64,000 bases of DNA from a virus (IMGVR_UViG_3300045919_000425:33199-97198), one strand, 5' to 3'. Shown: positions 46,412-56,005, numbered from the stretch's first letter. Notes: a model not told the origin generated them from the sequence alone. Made by a program: numbers and translations.

Positions 46412-47154
46412 TTTGCTGCCTCCTTCTCCATATGATTTCTTGTTTGACCTAACGCCTGGAGCATTGAGGTGTTATCTCTATCAGCGAGGCTATTCCCATA
46501 ACGGCTAATGCTTGACTCAATATTCTTGGACATATCGCCAGTAGCCTTACCCAATATCGCATGAGAAAAGTCCCCGGAAGCAAACATTCTAAGGGCTTTT
46601 GATTGCGCCTCAAATGACGAATTAAACACTAAGAATTCTGTAACCTCCTTGATGTTTTCCTTGAAGCGTGCTTCTTGCTCTGTTACGTTTGTTTGATGAT
46701 TCCAGTAATTACGACTGAGACTTTTTGTGACCTTCTTAAAGGAATATTTATGATTATTGTGTGAGATAGGAATTATACAACCAGCCCTGAGTATATCTAC
46801 TGGATAAGTACAATCTGAGATGAATGTTTCTCCTATCATAAGATTATTACAGTAGTTTAAAGTTAACGGAGTTCTAAGGATATTACTTTTAATAGAAAAG
46901 AATCCATCCTTAACCTTTGCATTCTTTCTGAGACCGAAAAATGGAACTTGCTTGCAAAAGAACCCTTTATTTGGAACTAGTGGTAATTTCTTTTGTGCGG
47001 TTCCATGTAGCTTAATTGTTTCGGTATCTACTGGGGCTGCATTCTTTTTTACGGAATTACGGCTACTTTTTATTTCAAGAAGTAATGGTACGCCCATACG
47101 AAAAAGCATAATAACGCAAAACGAAGAGATACCAACTATTGCCTCGACGTTCAT
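46408..47154 (-). CDS. Membrane / secreted protein (N-terminal TM or signal)
   Basis: IVGISSFCVIMLF N-terminus. Confidence 0.5.
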   Translation of the reverse strand: MNVEAIVGISSFCVIMLFRMGVPLLLEIKSSRNSVKKNAAPVDTETIKLHGTAQKKLPLVPNKGFFCKQVPFFGLRKNAKVKDGFFSIKSNILRTPLTLNYCNNLMIGETFISDCTYPVDILRAGCIIPISHNNHKYSFKKVTKSLSRNYWNHQTNVTEQEARFKENIKEVTEFLVFNSSFEAQSKALRMFASGDFSHAILGKATGDMSKNIESSISRYGNSLADRDNTSMLQALGQTRNHMEKEAAK

Positions 47155-47684
47155 ATCTCCTTAACTCCTATGAACACCCCTAAGTCTTGTAATTTCCTTA
47201 AGTCAAACCTTTCTTGGATTCTATTACCGTAAAGAAGTAGTCCGCTGGGTACCGCAATACCGTTTTGAATTTTCCCAGTTAAGGGTGAAACGTAGTTGAT
47301 TCTCTTACTAGGCATAAATACAATAGCGTGTGGCCATACAAGCTCATGCCAGTATCGAGTTTCTGGCCTTACTGGACACAAGATTGCAACAAGTCCTAAG
47401 CTTGACGGGTCTCTTAGTGACTTCACGACATCCTGAAACCAGTATCCATCCGAAAGTTGGTTAAATGGTGGGTTAATGAACACCCTTTTGTTTGCATAAT
47501 CAGAATTTCGAATCTCATTGCAGGTATCTTCCGTGTGGAATTCTGGAACTAAATTATTAGACCCGTCCGATGCCCCATCTACTTGAAAATTGAACACTGA
47601 GTTTATCTTCTCAAAGAACCATGCAGGGGTTCTCCAATCATTACGATTAATGCCAATTGCTTGCTTAAATGCTGAATCTTTCAT
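47151..47684 (-). CDS. DNA N6-adenine methyltransferase (phage Dam_MT family)
   Basis: DWRTPAWFFE ... NPPF catalytic motif; 177 aa. Confidence 0.65.
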   Translation of the reverse strand: MKDSAFKQAIGINRNDWRTPAWFFEKINSVFNFQVDGASDGSNNLVPEFHTEDTCNEIRNSDYANKRVFINPPFNQLSDGYWFQDVVKSLRDPSSLGLVAILCPVRPETRYWHELVWPHAIVFMPSKRINYVSPLTGKIQNGIAVPSGLLLYGNRIQERFDLRKLQDLGVFIGVKEI

Positions 47685-47712
47685 ATAAACTCCTTTTATG
47701 TTGAGATACTAA

Positions 47713-47919
47713 TTACTGACCAGCTCCCCAGATACTAATTACTGTTCCTTTTTTAATCTTTTCCTTAAGAATTAAAAGGAATTCATTCAGTCCCGTAGCT
47801 TTTTGCTCAAAAAGCCTAATCTTGCCATCTTCTGATTTAATATCAGCTTTCCACATCTCCCTAGTTACAGGGCTTTGAATGATGGCTGTACTGCTTGTCA
47901 CACTCTCAGTAGCGTTCAT
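47713..47919 (-). CDS. Hypothetical protein (68 aa)
   Basis: ORF track. First gene of the minus-strand block; a TTGACA element lies upstream. Confidence 0.45.
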   Translation of the reverse strand: MNATESVTSSTAIIQSPVTREMWKADIKSEDGKIRLFEQKATGLNEFLLILKEKIKKGTVISIWGAGQ

Positions 47920-48152
47920 GGTTCCTCCTTGTTGGTTCTTAATTAAGTTAGCATGAGATTAATCGTTTGTCAAGTATTGCGAGAACTTTCTACGGCCATT
48001 CAGTACATAGAGTCTCCTTAAATTATTTAGCTTTACACGGAACAAACAATAACGTATCATACAATTATCGGACTGTCAAGTTTTCAGACCTATCCTTAAT
48101 CATTGGAATATCCGTATAATTCGTAAGAATCAACCTTCACTTGGAGCACTAA

Positions 48153-51113
48153 ATGGTACTCGGCGTAACAATCAACGGTAAAGCCCAGATCGTTCCTGGC
48201 GTATATTCTACTCTTGCTGTAGAAAACTCAACCTCAAATCCACTTCCAGGTCCTAGAAATGTATACATATTAGGCGAAGCTTCGTCTGGTGTTCCAGGAT
48301 CTCAAATAGACCTCAAAGGGATGTATTTTAATAATGCGTCAGATGTAGCTCAATATTATGGCGATGGGCCAATTGTAGACGCAGCTCATATGCTATTCAG
48401 CCAGCAAGTTTCTCCTGTTTTTACAGGATCAGTGAATCGTGTTTATTGCTATAAAACAAATCAAAGTACTCAAGCATCCAGGAGTGTCGTGCAAGGGTCT
48501 TTGCAGTACGGGACAATCAGTGCCATGGCGCAAGGAACGTCTGGAAACTTAATTAGCACACAAATATTAACAGGTAATCCGATAGCTTACCCTAGCACTA
48601 CGTTTCATTGGCTAATGAATACATCATCTGTGGTAACACAAATTTCTGCATCAGGCGTTCTGCTCGGAACAAGAACTTCTGGGACAGGTTCTCGTCCACA
48701 AGATATTGTTTCCAGCTTGGCTACGATAGCAGGTATTACTGCAACTGGTGGTACTTTTTATGAAGTTATTGGTCCAGATCAAATCGACACATCATCAAAA
48801 ACAGCTACAAACAGAACAGGAACAGCTACAAACTCAGGAACCTCATGGTCAGCAAGACTTGGATTTACTGTTTCAGGATCTAACTTAAGCCAAATAACTT
48901 TGTCAGCATACACCTCTGTTGATGGAACTACTTACACTGCTGGGGTATTTACTGGAAATGACATTAATAATATCAACGTAGGAGACATTCTCTATATACC
49001 ACCTGCGTCATCTTTAGCTGGTACTGGTAACAAGAATAGTGCGTCATGCTACTTAATCAGCGCTGTATCTGCGTCAGGAATTACGGCTACTAAGATTACA
49101 AACCAGGTTCAAGCTGTTGTAGATTTACCTAACACAGTAGTTCCGTCATCATCCACAGTGGCTTCTGGAGACCAGCAATTAGTCGCTTCAGCGGAGTTTA
49201 TGATTTATCGTCCTATTACGATAACAACAAACCTTGCGCCAATTCCAGGGGACGGACTTTCATTAGAAATTTGTACAACAAACGGCGGACAAGGATATGT
49301 TGAACGCTCAATAAATTACGGCTCATTCGTATCTCCTGTTTCTTCTTCTGTGGCTCTAGGAGCCAGTGTTAGCTTGACTGTTACTGGAACTCAAGGAATA
49401 TTCTCTATCCAAAACGGTTCTTGGCAAAATGTGCCTAAACCTGGTTCTATTTTATGGGTAGCTCAACAAAATATCTTATCTGGTGCAAACTCTGCAAATA
49501 ACGGTGCGTGGATTGTAACGGCTGCGGGTTCGACATCAATCACTACTACAAAGGCATCTGGCTCTGGTATCTCCGTTGCTGTAACTAACTTAAACAGTAT
49601 CATTAACCCATTTGACATTCAAGCGCCAATGATCTCCACAGCGGTTTCCGGTGTCTTAATTCTTCCTGCTTTTGAGCCAACTGTCTATGTTTCTGCTTCT
49701 CGTCAGTCTGACGGACTTTCTTTCCCAACCTCAACCGTTGGTGGCAGAATAGTGTTAGAGTTGGGGTATGCGGGAACTTCTGGGACTGTGAATATCGACC
49801 TAAACAACTTCTTAAGCACAACTGTTACTGGAGGAACTGGTACAAATATTACTAAGTTGAACCTTGGCGCATACAAAACAATGGGAGATTTAATTAAGTA
49901 TCTTAATAGTTTGACTGGATATGTAGCAAGGGTATCAAACAATCAATACCTAAGCCTTTCTCCGTTCGATGTCTTAGACCAAGTAACTGGAGTTGGTATC
50001 TGTTCAGGCTTTATAGGAGCGGCTCAAACATATCCTGGAAGATTGAAAGCCGATGCTTACGACTTCAGAAACCTGTTCGATTTAAATACAGGTCTTATGT
50101 CCTTCACCTTCACTAAAGCGTCGATTCGTGTCTCCGGTCTTCCATCTGTAGATCCTGTTACTGTGTTTTTGACTGGCGGAACTCAAGGTTCTACTGCGAA
50201 TATTGACATTGCTAATGGATTTGATGCTGGACTTAAGATAGAAGCATCTCAGGTTATTCCTTTATTTAGTCGTGACGCAGCATTAGATATTGCAGATGGG
50301 ATGACAGATTCAGCAAGCACTTATACGATAGATTCTATTGTAAGTGCGCTTCTTTCTCATGTAAATACCGCTTCAAATGGAGACTACCGTAAAGAAAGAT
50401 TAGGGCTATCAAGCTATCGTGAATCCTTTGCTGTTACTAAGAACGTTTCTTCAAAGCTCTCTGGACCTAGAATTAATATGTTTTTTCAAGACGTTAATGC
50501 TGTCGGTTCTGATGGTAACTTAAGCTGGTTTTTGCCATGGATGGGGTCTTGTATGATCGCTGCCGGAAGAACACAAGCGGCTTTAGGTCAAAGTATGTGC
50601 CGGAAAGCTTTTGCATGTACTGATGTTCGCCATCTCGGAGGTGGGTCTATTTTTAGTTCCAGTAGTAACATGGATTTCGATCCAGATCTTAAATCAGACC
50701 AAGAAGACGCTATATTGGCAGGGTTAATATTCTTAAGACCTGTTACGGGAGCTGGACAAAGAATGGAAAGTCCTGATGCTTCTACTTATGTTTCTTTGTC
50801 AAATGATCCAAAAGAATGGTTTTATTCAAGAACAAACGTTGAGTTTGTTGCTGACGAAGTAATTAAAACAACTCGCTCCACTGTCGATAATTTCATTGGA
50901 CAAACTACCGTGGATGTTTCTCCTGCGATATTACGTAAAGCTATTGGTGATGTGTTGAATGGATTTGTTTCTGCTGGGGCGTTGAAAAACTACCAGATCC
51001 AGGCATTAACCTCACTTGGTAATGGATATGTAGTTAAAATTAGAATACTTCCAGTTGAAGCGGTCGAGTTTATCGAGCTTGACTTTGTAGCAGGAAGGGA
51101 TGCAGGACAGTAA
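48153..51113 (+). CDS. Tail sheath protein (extended, 986 aa)
   Basis: The N-terminus has PGVYS...E...VYILGEASSGVPG. The C-terminus has WMGSCMIAAGRT, LRPVTG and IRILPVEAVEFIELDFVAG, parallel to T4 gp18 WMSPAGYNRGQI, INPVTG and YIQPARSINYITLNFVATA. A strong terminator follows. Confidence 0.6.
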   Translation: MVLGVTINGKAQIVPGVYSTLAVENSTSNPLPGPRNVYILGEASSGVPGSQIDLKGMYFNNASDVAQYYGDGPIVDAAHMLFSQQVSPVFTGSVNRVYCYKTNQSTQASRSVVQGSLQYGTISAMAQGTSGNLISTQILTGNPIAYPSTTFHWLMNTSSVVTQISASGVLLGTRTSGTGSRPQDIVSSLATIAGITATGGTFYEVIGPDQIDTSSKTATNRTGTATNSGTSWSARLGFTVSGSNLSQITLSAYTSVDGTTYTAGVFTGNDINNINVGDILYIPPASSLAGTGNKNSASCYLISAVSASGITATKITNQVQAVVDLPNTVVPSSSTVASGDQQLVASAEFMIYRPITITTNLAPIPGDGLSLEICTTNGGQGYVERSINYGSFVSPVSSSVALGASVSLTVTGTQGIFSIQNGSWQNVPKPGSILWVAQQNILSGANSANNGAWIVTAAGSTSITTTKASGSGISVAVTNLNSIINPFDIQAPMISTAVSGVLILPAFEPTVYVSASRQSDGLSFPTSTVGGRIVLELGYAGTSGTVNIDLNNFLSTTVTGGTGTNITKLNLGAYKTMGDLIKYLNSLTGYVARVSNNQYLSLSPFDVLDQVTGVGICSGFIGAAQTYPGRLKADAYDFRNLFDLNTGLMSFTFTKASIRVSGLPSVDPVTVFLTGGTQGSTANIDIANGFDAGLKIEASQVIPLFSRDAALDIADGMTDSASTYTIDSIVSALLSHVNTASNGDYRKERLGLSSYRESFAVTKNVSSKLSGPRINMFFQDVNAVGSDGNLSWFLPWMGSCMIAAGRTQAALGQSMCRKAFACTDVRHLGGGSIFSSSSNMDFDPDLKSDQEDAILAGLIFLRPVTGAGQRMESPDASTYVSLSNDPKEWFYSRTNVEFVADEVIKTTRSTVDNFIGQTTVDVSPAILRKAIGDVLNGFVSAGALKNYQIQALTSLGNGYVVKIRILPVEAVEFIELDFVAGRDAGQ

Positions 51114-51134
51114 CAGAAGAAGGACTATACATGC

Positions 51135-51161
51135 AGGAAGGGACTAGTCCCTTCCTTTTTC
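51135..51161 (+). terminator. Rho-independent terminator
   Basis: A 10-bp stem AGGAAGGGAC/GTCCCTTCCT followed by TTTTT. Confidence 0.7.
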
Positions 51162-51176
51162 ATTAGGGCGATAAAT

Positions 51177-52025
51177 ATGACATCAGACAATCCATCATAC
51201 ATAAAGTTACCATCAGACCAAAAACAGATATCTACAGGGATGTTTCCAACTGGAGCCTACACACCTGCCGGGGTTTTCTCTACTGACGCTACAGAAAACT
51301 TGATAAGGCAGAAAGGTATTAAAGTCAGGCATTATCGTTTCGCATTAACAGCGAACCGTGTAGCCGTAGAAGGAGGCGTTAATATTGCCGATACAATCGG
51401 ACAGAAAAACTTTACCTATTACGATCCACATGACTTATTTATAGATATCCAGCAGCTTGGCTGGAGTGATACTTATATGATGCAAGGCATATATGGTAAT
51501 TTTCAAATATCTTCTGTTAATTACTGCTCTAGGTATGAAGATTTTCCATCAAAAAGAAGCTATCTTAGGGCGAATGATATTTTGGTTGACGATTCTGGAA
51601 TAACTGCTGCAACTGAGGATATTTTTGAATACAATGGAAGAGAGTATCAAAGACTGAGATTTCCTATTGAGGACGTAGACTATCTGTCTTCTGCCACGAC
51701 AAGATTTTTCCTACATACAGATTTTTCGATATGTGAGGGTCAGATCCATTGGATTAATGGAGGAGCTAAGCCAACGTTTACGAATGGTAAAGGAGAGGTT
51801 TTATCTATTGTTTATTTTACAAAACCATACTATCAAGTCATTGCAACCCCTAGAGTGTTTCGTGCTGCCTATACTAATACGTACGGAAACCCAAATCAAC
51901 CCGCACAGTTAACGTATTTCCCAGGATCTGCCATTATTAAAATGCTATGGTCTACTAGGATTGATTTTGATCTTCCTGACTGGTCTTTAAACAATATCCC
52001 CCAACAAGGAGTTAATATCGTATGA
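51177..52025 (+). CDS. Putative tail tube protein (by position after the sheath)
   Basis: Gene order only. Confidence 0.4.
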   Translation: MTSDNPSYIKLPSDQKQISTGMFPTGAYTPAGVFSTDATENLIRQKGIKVRHYRFALTANRVAVEGGVNIADTIGQKNFTYYDPHDLFIDIQQLGWSDTYMMQGIYGNFQISSVNYCSRYEDFPSKRSYLRANDILVDDSGITAATEDIFEYNGREYQRLRFPIEDVDYLSSATTRFFLHTDFSICEGQIHWINGGAKPTFTNGKGEVLSIVYFTKPYYQVIATPRVFRAAYTNTYGNPNQPAQLTYFPGSAIIKMLWSTRIDFDLPDWSLNNIPQQGVNIV

Positions 52026-52411
52026 ATTTCCTAGATTGCATGGTAATTACAGGCGGAATAGACGGAAATAGCCCTTTAGCATATAAAAATCTTACTGATG
52101 ATGGATTAATTTACAGTTTGCCAGATCGTAATTTTATTGAGGACTGTAAATTACTGCAAAGTCTTTGTAACCGAGAAATGATCCCATTAGATATTTGCGA
52201 TATGATAGAGCATGGCTTAGTCAGTCAACATGACTATGAAAATCTTCAAGGAATGGGAGTTTTATGCGAAGAAGCTATTGAGTGTTGGGAGAAAAAAGAA
52301 AAAACAATTAAAGGCGATGATTTGGGCTTAATTACAGAACCAGATCTTGACGGAATCATAACTAAAGAACTTATCACTAAGATAAGAGAACTAATCAATG
52401 CTAATAGATAA
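52022..52411 (+). CDS. Hypothetical tail-associated protein (129 aa)
   Basis: ATGA overlap with the upstream gene. Confidence 0.5.
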   Translation: MNFLDCMVITGGIDGNSPLAYKNLTDDGLIYSLPDRNFIEDCKLLQSLCNREMIPLDICDMIEHGLVSQHDYENLQGMGVLCEEAIECWEKKEKTIKGDDLGLITEPDLDGIITKELITKIRELINANR

Positions 52412-53138
52412 CTTAGAAGCCCTTGCGAACAGTCTCGAGGCTATTGAAGAGCAGGCAAACGACGTAGTAATAGATTCGACCAAGCAGATGATTAAGGAAT
52501 TAACGTCAGACTATGAAAACGCCGAGGATTATTACAATTCGTTTGATGTGTCTTTTAATACATCAGGGTATTTTATCATTAGATTCAACCCTGAAACCGA
52601 TGATGTGGAATCTGAAGAAAAAGGGAAACAACCATTTTCCATTAAAGACTTAATGCTAAGATCTGGAATGCCTGGAGTGAAAATATCAAAAGAAGGGTAC
52701 CTGTATCGCACAGTTCCATTACAGAAATCATTACTCTCAAAAGCTGCCTCGGCAGATAGAAGTGTTAATGAACAAAAAATACAAGAAACGATAAGAAATG
52801 CTATCGCATCCGTAAATTTTCAGGTAAAGTCAGCAATGCAATTGGGTGACAGATTTGTTGTCCAAGAAAAAGCAATGAGCAATGATGGATTGTTACGGGT
52901 TAAGAGCTATGCTTCAGAGGAAGATTACAGATTAAAGAGAATCCCAAAGATGAATTTTATTGCATTCAGATCTATGAGTACAAATCCTAACTCTAAATCT
53001 GATTGGATAAATCCAGGCTGGAAGGGAGGTAACATCCAACAAAAGGCTCAAGTATGGCTTCAGGCTAATAGTGATAAGATTAAGACTGAGGTTATTACAG
53101 AACTGATTAACACCTACTTAACAGGAGCTAGTGTATGA
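52398..53138 (+). CDS. Hypothetical tail-associated protein (246 aa)
   Basis: Overlapping, coupled genes. Confidence 0.5.
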   Translation: MLIDNLEALANSLEAIEEQANDVVIDSTKQMIKELTSDYENAEDYYNSFDVSFNTSGYFIIRFNPETDDVESEEKGKQPFSIKDLMLRSGMPGVKISKEGYLYRTVPLQKSLLSKAASADRSVNEQKIQETIRNAIASVNFQVKSAMQLGDRFVVQEKAMSNDGLLRVKSYASEEDYRLKRIPKMNFIAFRSMSTNPNSKSDWINPGWKGGNIQQKAQVWLQANSDKIKTEVITELINTYLTGASV

Positions 53139-55264
53139 TTGGATTACCTCATTTAATTGTTTTACAATACATAAAAAGACAAATGAGATTTATTAGGGCA
53201 AATCCAGAATATTTGACGTATGCCTTAGAGGGATACAGCATCAACGGAGATGTCCGTTCTATTTTTGGTGCAAAAAGAATTGACGACGCTATTGAGTGGA
53301 TTTCCAAGACAGAATTTAATTACACACCCGTCTATAACCTAGACGCTGAAAAAATGCCAAATATCTGTGTTTCCTATGACGGAGGAATTGAATCAGACTT
53401 ATACGTTGGAGATAATGGCGGAGTAGCGTATGATGTTTTGAACTTAGAACCGAAAGTATATGTTGCAAATTTATCTTTCAAAGGGATAACAGACGAGAGA
53501 ACCTTTGAAGAAAGAATGTCGACAAGCCCACTCGTACCAAAGTATGGGTACCCTATTGTTCCTTCATCGATTAATATCGGGAATAAAATATGGCGTGGAC
53601 TATTACTCCAAAACTCATGTGGAAAAACTTATAAAATAAACAGTTTCCATGCAGTTCCTCATTCTACAGACATTGCGCTTGAACTAGACTCTGCTATGGG
53701 ATTAGCGGACTGGGAAGGTAAATGGTATGTTGTAAGCTCTTTTGGCACTTCGAAAAACTATAAAATCAAGTCATCAATGGACAACGTAACCATCAGAGCT
53801 ATTATGACTCTTTCTGGTGATCCAGAATTAGCTGAAATGGTTGCATGCGTTTTTCGGTATGTATTAAAATCTTCCAGATTATTCCTAGAAAACTACGGAT
53901 TGAGATGCTCAAGATTTAATCACACTGGAATTTTACTAGTTGAGAATAAGGATAATCCTACTTGGCGAGTTGATTTTACAATTACAGGAAAATTACATGA
54001 CTTATGGTTAGAGTCACCTATCTATGGGTTAGATTTTATTCAGGTCGACATGGAAGCGGCAAGAACTATCAGTGCAACGGGCGATTCTGTAGTTTCTTTA
54101 GATGAAATAGTTCCTGTATTTACTCCAGGAGAGAAATCTGGAGGAGCGGTAATACCAATTGTGTATAAGCCTATTCTTATTGGAATGTCACCTGCAAAGA
54201 ATCCCTTAAGGACAAACTTTGCAACAGATGTTACAGCATTCGAAGATTACACTGCATTTAATCATGACATTGTTCAATACTTTTCTCCATTCGATACCAG
54301 AACATCTAGTCCAGACCTTGTGACCCCATATTTTTATCAAAGACCTTTAGATATATGGAATGCAGGCAAGATACCATGCTTAACTTGGTATCCATCAACA
54401 TCTAATGTTTATCCTACTCCTCCAGATATTAATGATCAAATAGCTGCTGGAGTTTATGATTCTTACATGGCTCTTTGCTGTACTAAAATGAAGGCATTTC
54501 TTGCAGCAGCGCAAGCGAGTCCATTAACAACCTACTTGGGAACACCAAAAATATATATCAGATTTGCACATGAAATGAACATATCTTCTCATACTTGGAG
54601 CAAAACACCAACATCATTTGTAGCTATGTGGAAGTACGTTTATTCGTTTGTTCGTGCTCAGGGTTTAACTTCAGATGTTTGTCAGTTTATCTGGTGCCCT
54701 GGGAATAATGACCTAGCAATACTTCCAGACACCTCCCAACCTCCTTTTGAACAGTATTACCCTGGAGATGCTTTTGTGGATTGGGTAGGGCTAGACGGTT
54801 ACAACTTTGGAGGAGCTGGTCCTTGGTTATCATTCAGTGATGTATTTACCCCATCACTGATAAGAATGAAAGCATTAGCTCCAACAAAACCAGTGAGTAT
54901 ATCAGAGTATGGTTGCGCACCAAAATCTGGTGGAGTTTACGTACTTCCTAAGAAGTTTCAGTGGATTTCTGATGCTTTTAATTGGCTTTCAAACTCGTCC
55001 AATACGGATTATTACAATATTAAGATGTCTATGTATTACAACGTGACTCTTTCTCTATCTGATATTGATTCAGGGATTTTCATACCACAGAATTTAGTGA
55101 TAGATAATAAGTCCTTAAACTATACCTTTGTAAGTCCGACTACGGGATTTTCTTACTTTACTTTCGCAAACCTAGGGGCAGCTTATTTCATTAATAATGT
55201 AATGGGTTTCAAAAATAATAAGAAGACGATATCTCTTGCGGCGTTCTCAGGGAATCCTAGCTAA
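53135..55264 (+). CDS. Tail fibre / spike protein with a C-terminal GH26-like glycoside hydrolase (depolymerase) domain
   Basis: C-terminal motifs IRFAHEMN (acid/base), YYPGDAFVDWVGLDGYN and VSISEYG (nucleophile) fit the GH26 pattern RFGHEMN / YVDWVGLD / TExG. Confidence 0.6.
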   Translation: MIGLPHLIVLQYIKRQMRFIRANPEYLTYALEGYSINGDVRSIFGAKRIDDAIEWISKTEFNYTPVYNLDAEKMPNICVSYDGGIESDLYVGDNGGVAYDVLNLEPKVYVANLSFKGITDERTFEERMSTSPLVPKYGYPIVPSSINIGNKIWRGLLLQNSCGKTYKINSFHAVPHSTDIALELDSAMGLADWEGKWYVVSSFGTSKNYKIKSSMDNVTIRAIMTLSGDPELAEMVACVFRYVLKSSRLFLENYGLRCSRFNHTGILLVENKDNPTWRVDFTITGKLHDLWLESPIYGLDFIQVDMEAARTISATGDSVVSLDEIVPVFTPGEKSGGAVIPIVYKPILIGMSPAKNPLRTNFATDVTAFEDYTAFNHDIVQYFSPFDTRTSSPDLVTPYFYQRPLDIWNAGKIPCLTWYPSTSNVYPTPPDINDQIAAGVYDSYMALCCTKMKAFLAAAQASPLTTYLGTPKIYIRFAHEMNISSHTWSKTPTSFVAMWKYVYSFVRAQGLTSDVCQFIWCPGNNDLAILPDTSQPPFEQYYPGDAFVDWVGLDGYNFGGAGPWLSFSDVFTPSLIRMKALAPTKPVSISEYGCAPKSGGVYVLPKKFQWISDAFNWLSNSSNTDYYNIKMSMYYNVTLSLSDIDSGIFIPQNLVIDNKSLNYTFVSPTTGFSYFTFANLGAAYFINNVMGFKNNKKTISLAAFSGNPS

Positions 55265-55272
55265 CCTCTAAA

Positions 55273-55319
55273 CGTACTAATAGTCAACATATTATCACAA
55301 CTAGTAAAAGTAAGATTCC
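55273..55319 (+). repeat. Copy 1 of the conserved 47-bp element (core CGTACTAATAGTCAACATATT)
   Basis: Exact 21-mer, then ...ACTAGTAAAAGTAAGATTCC. Confidence 0.6.
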
Positions 55320-55378
55320 TTATCGGATTACTAAAGACTAGGTATAAGATTATACTAATTCTAATACGACATAAAAAT

Positions 55379-55426
55379 AATACCAGATAATACTTTACAT
55401 TAGAGGTATTATCTGGTATTATTTTT
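55379..55426 (+). terminator. 15-bp perfect inverted repeat plus T-run (terminator and/or operator) immediately upstream of the RBS of gene 55441
   Basis: AATACCAGATAATAC, an 11-nt loop, GTATTATCTGGTATT, then ATTTTTAT. Confidence 0.5.
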
Positions 55427-55440
55427 ATAAGGAGGATTTT

Positions 55441-55698
55441 ATGCCTTGGAGACAAAACTGGAATCTAGTCGACCCTTATGATATATGCAGTGAAACTTTT
55501 TTCGAGACAAAAGACTACAACCCTTTTCATTTCTTTTCGGAAGAAGAGATGAGTGATAGGGTAAACCAAACAGTATGTGGAGAGACTTTGTCCTATGAAT
55601 GCGTAGGAGAGCCATATCACATAGAGTATTGCGTTTTAATATTAACGCTTTGCTACCTAGACGGAACAGTAAAACAAATAAGAAGGATAGGATTATGA
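55441..55698 (+). CDS. Hypothetical protein (85 aa, Cys-containing)
   Basis: A strong RBS AAGGAGG 7 nt upstream. Confidence 0.55.
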   Translation: MPWRQNWNLVDPYDICSETFFETKDYNPFHFFSEEEMSDRVNQTVCGETLSYECVGEPYHIEYCVLILTLCYLDGTVKQIRRIGL

Positions 55699-55916
55699 TT
55701 AAGAAATCATTCAATTTAGACAAAAACATTTCCGATAAAATCGATGAAATAATATCAGAAAACCCTCACTTTAGCTTTACCGTACTGGTGAACCAAGCGC
55801 TAGCTACTTGGATTAAGAATCCTGTATTGACCTTAAATACCTCAAATTTTACGAAAGATGACGTTAGTAAGTTCATGGAAGAACACTCGGAGCTTATGGA
55901 CGCTCTCGGGAGCTAA
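55695..55916 (+). CDS. Hypothetical protein (73 aa); start refined to MIKKSFN with an ATGA overlap
   Basis: ORF 55599..55916. The internal ATG at 55695 overlaps the upstream TGA, and the RBS is aggatagg. Confidence 0.5.
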   Translation: MIKKSFNLDKNISDKIDEIISENPHFSFTVLVNQALATWIKNPVLTLNTSNFTKDDVSKFMEEHSELMDALGS

Positions 55917-55945
55917 CTAGGAGACAGCATCTCTCAATCTCTATT

Positions 55946-55992
55946 CGTACTAATAGTCAACATATTGGAACTACTAGTATTTTTATTAACAG
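55946..55992 (+). repeat. Copy 2 of the conserved element (core CGTACTAATAGTCAACATATT), 40 nt upstream of gene 56006
   Basis: Exact 21-mer, then GGAACTACTAGTATTTTTATT. Confidence 0.6.
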
Positions 55993-56005
55993 GTAAGGAG
56001 AGCTT

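Noticed and set aside
49603-49942. Minus-strand ORFs within the sheath gene
   Set aside because: They are antisense to the well-supported 986-aa gene.
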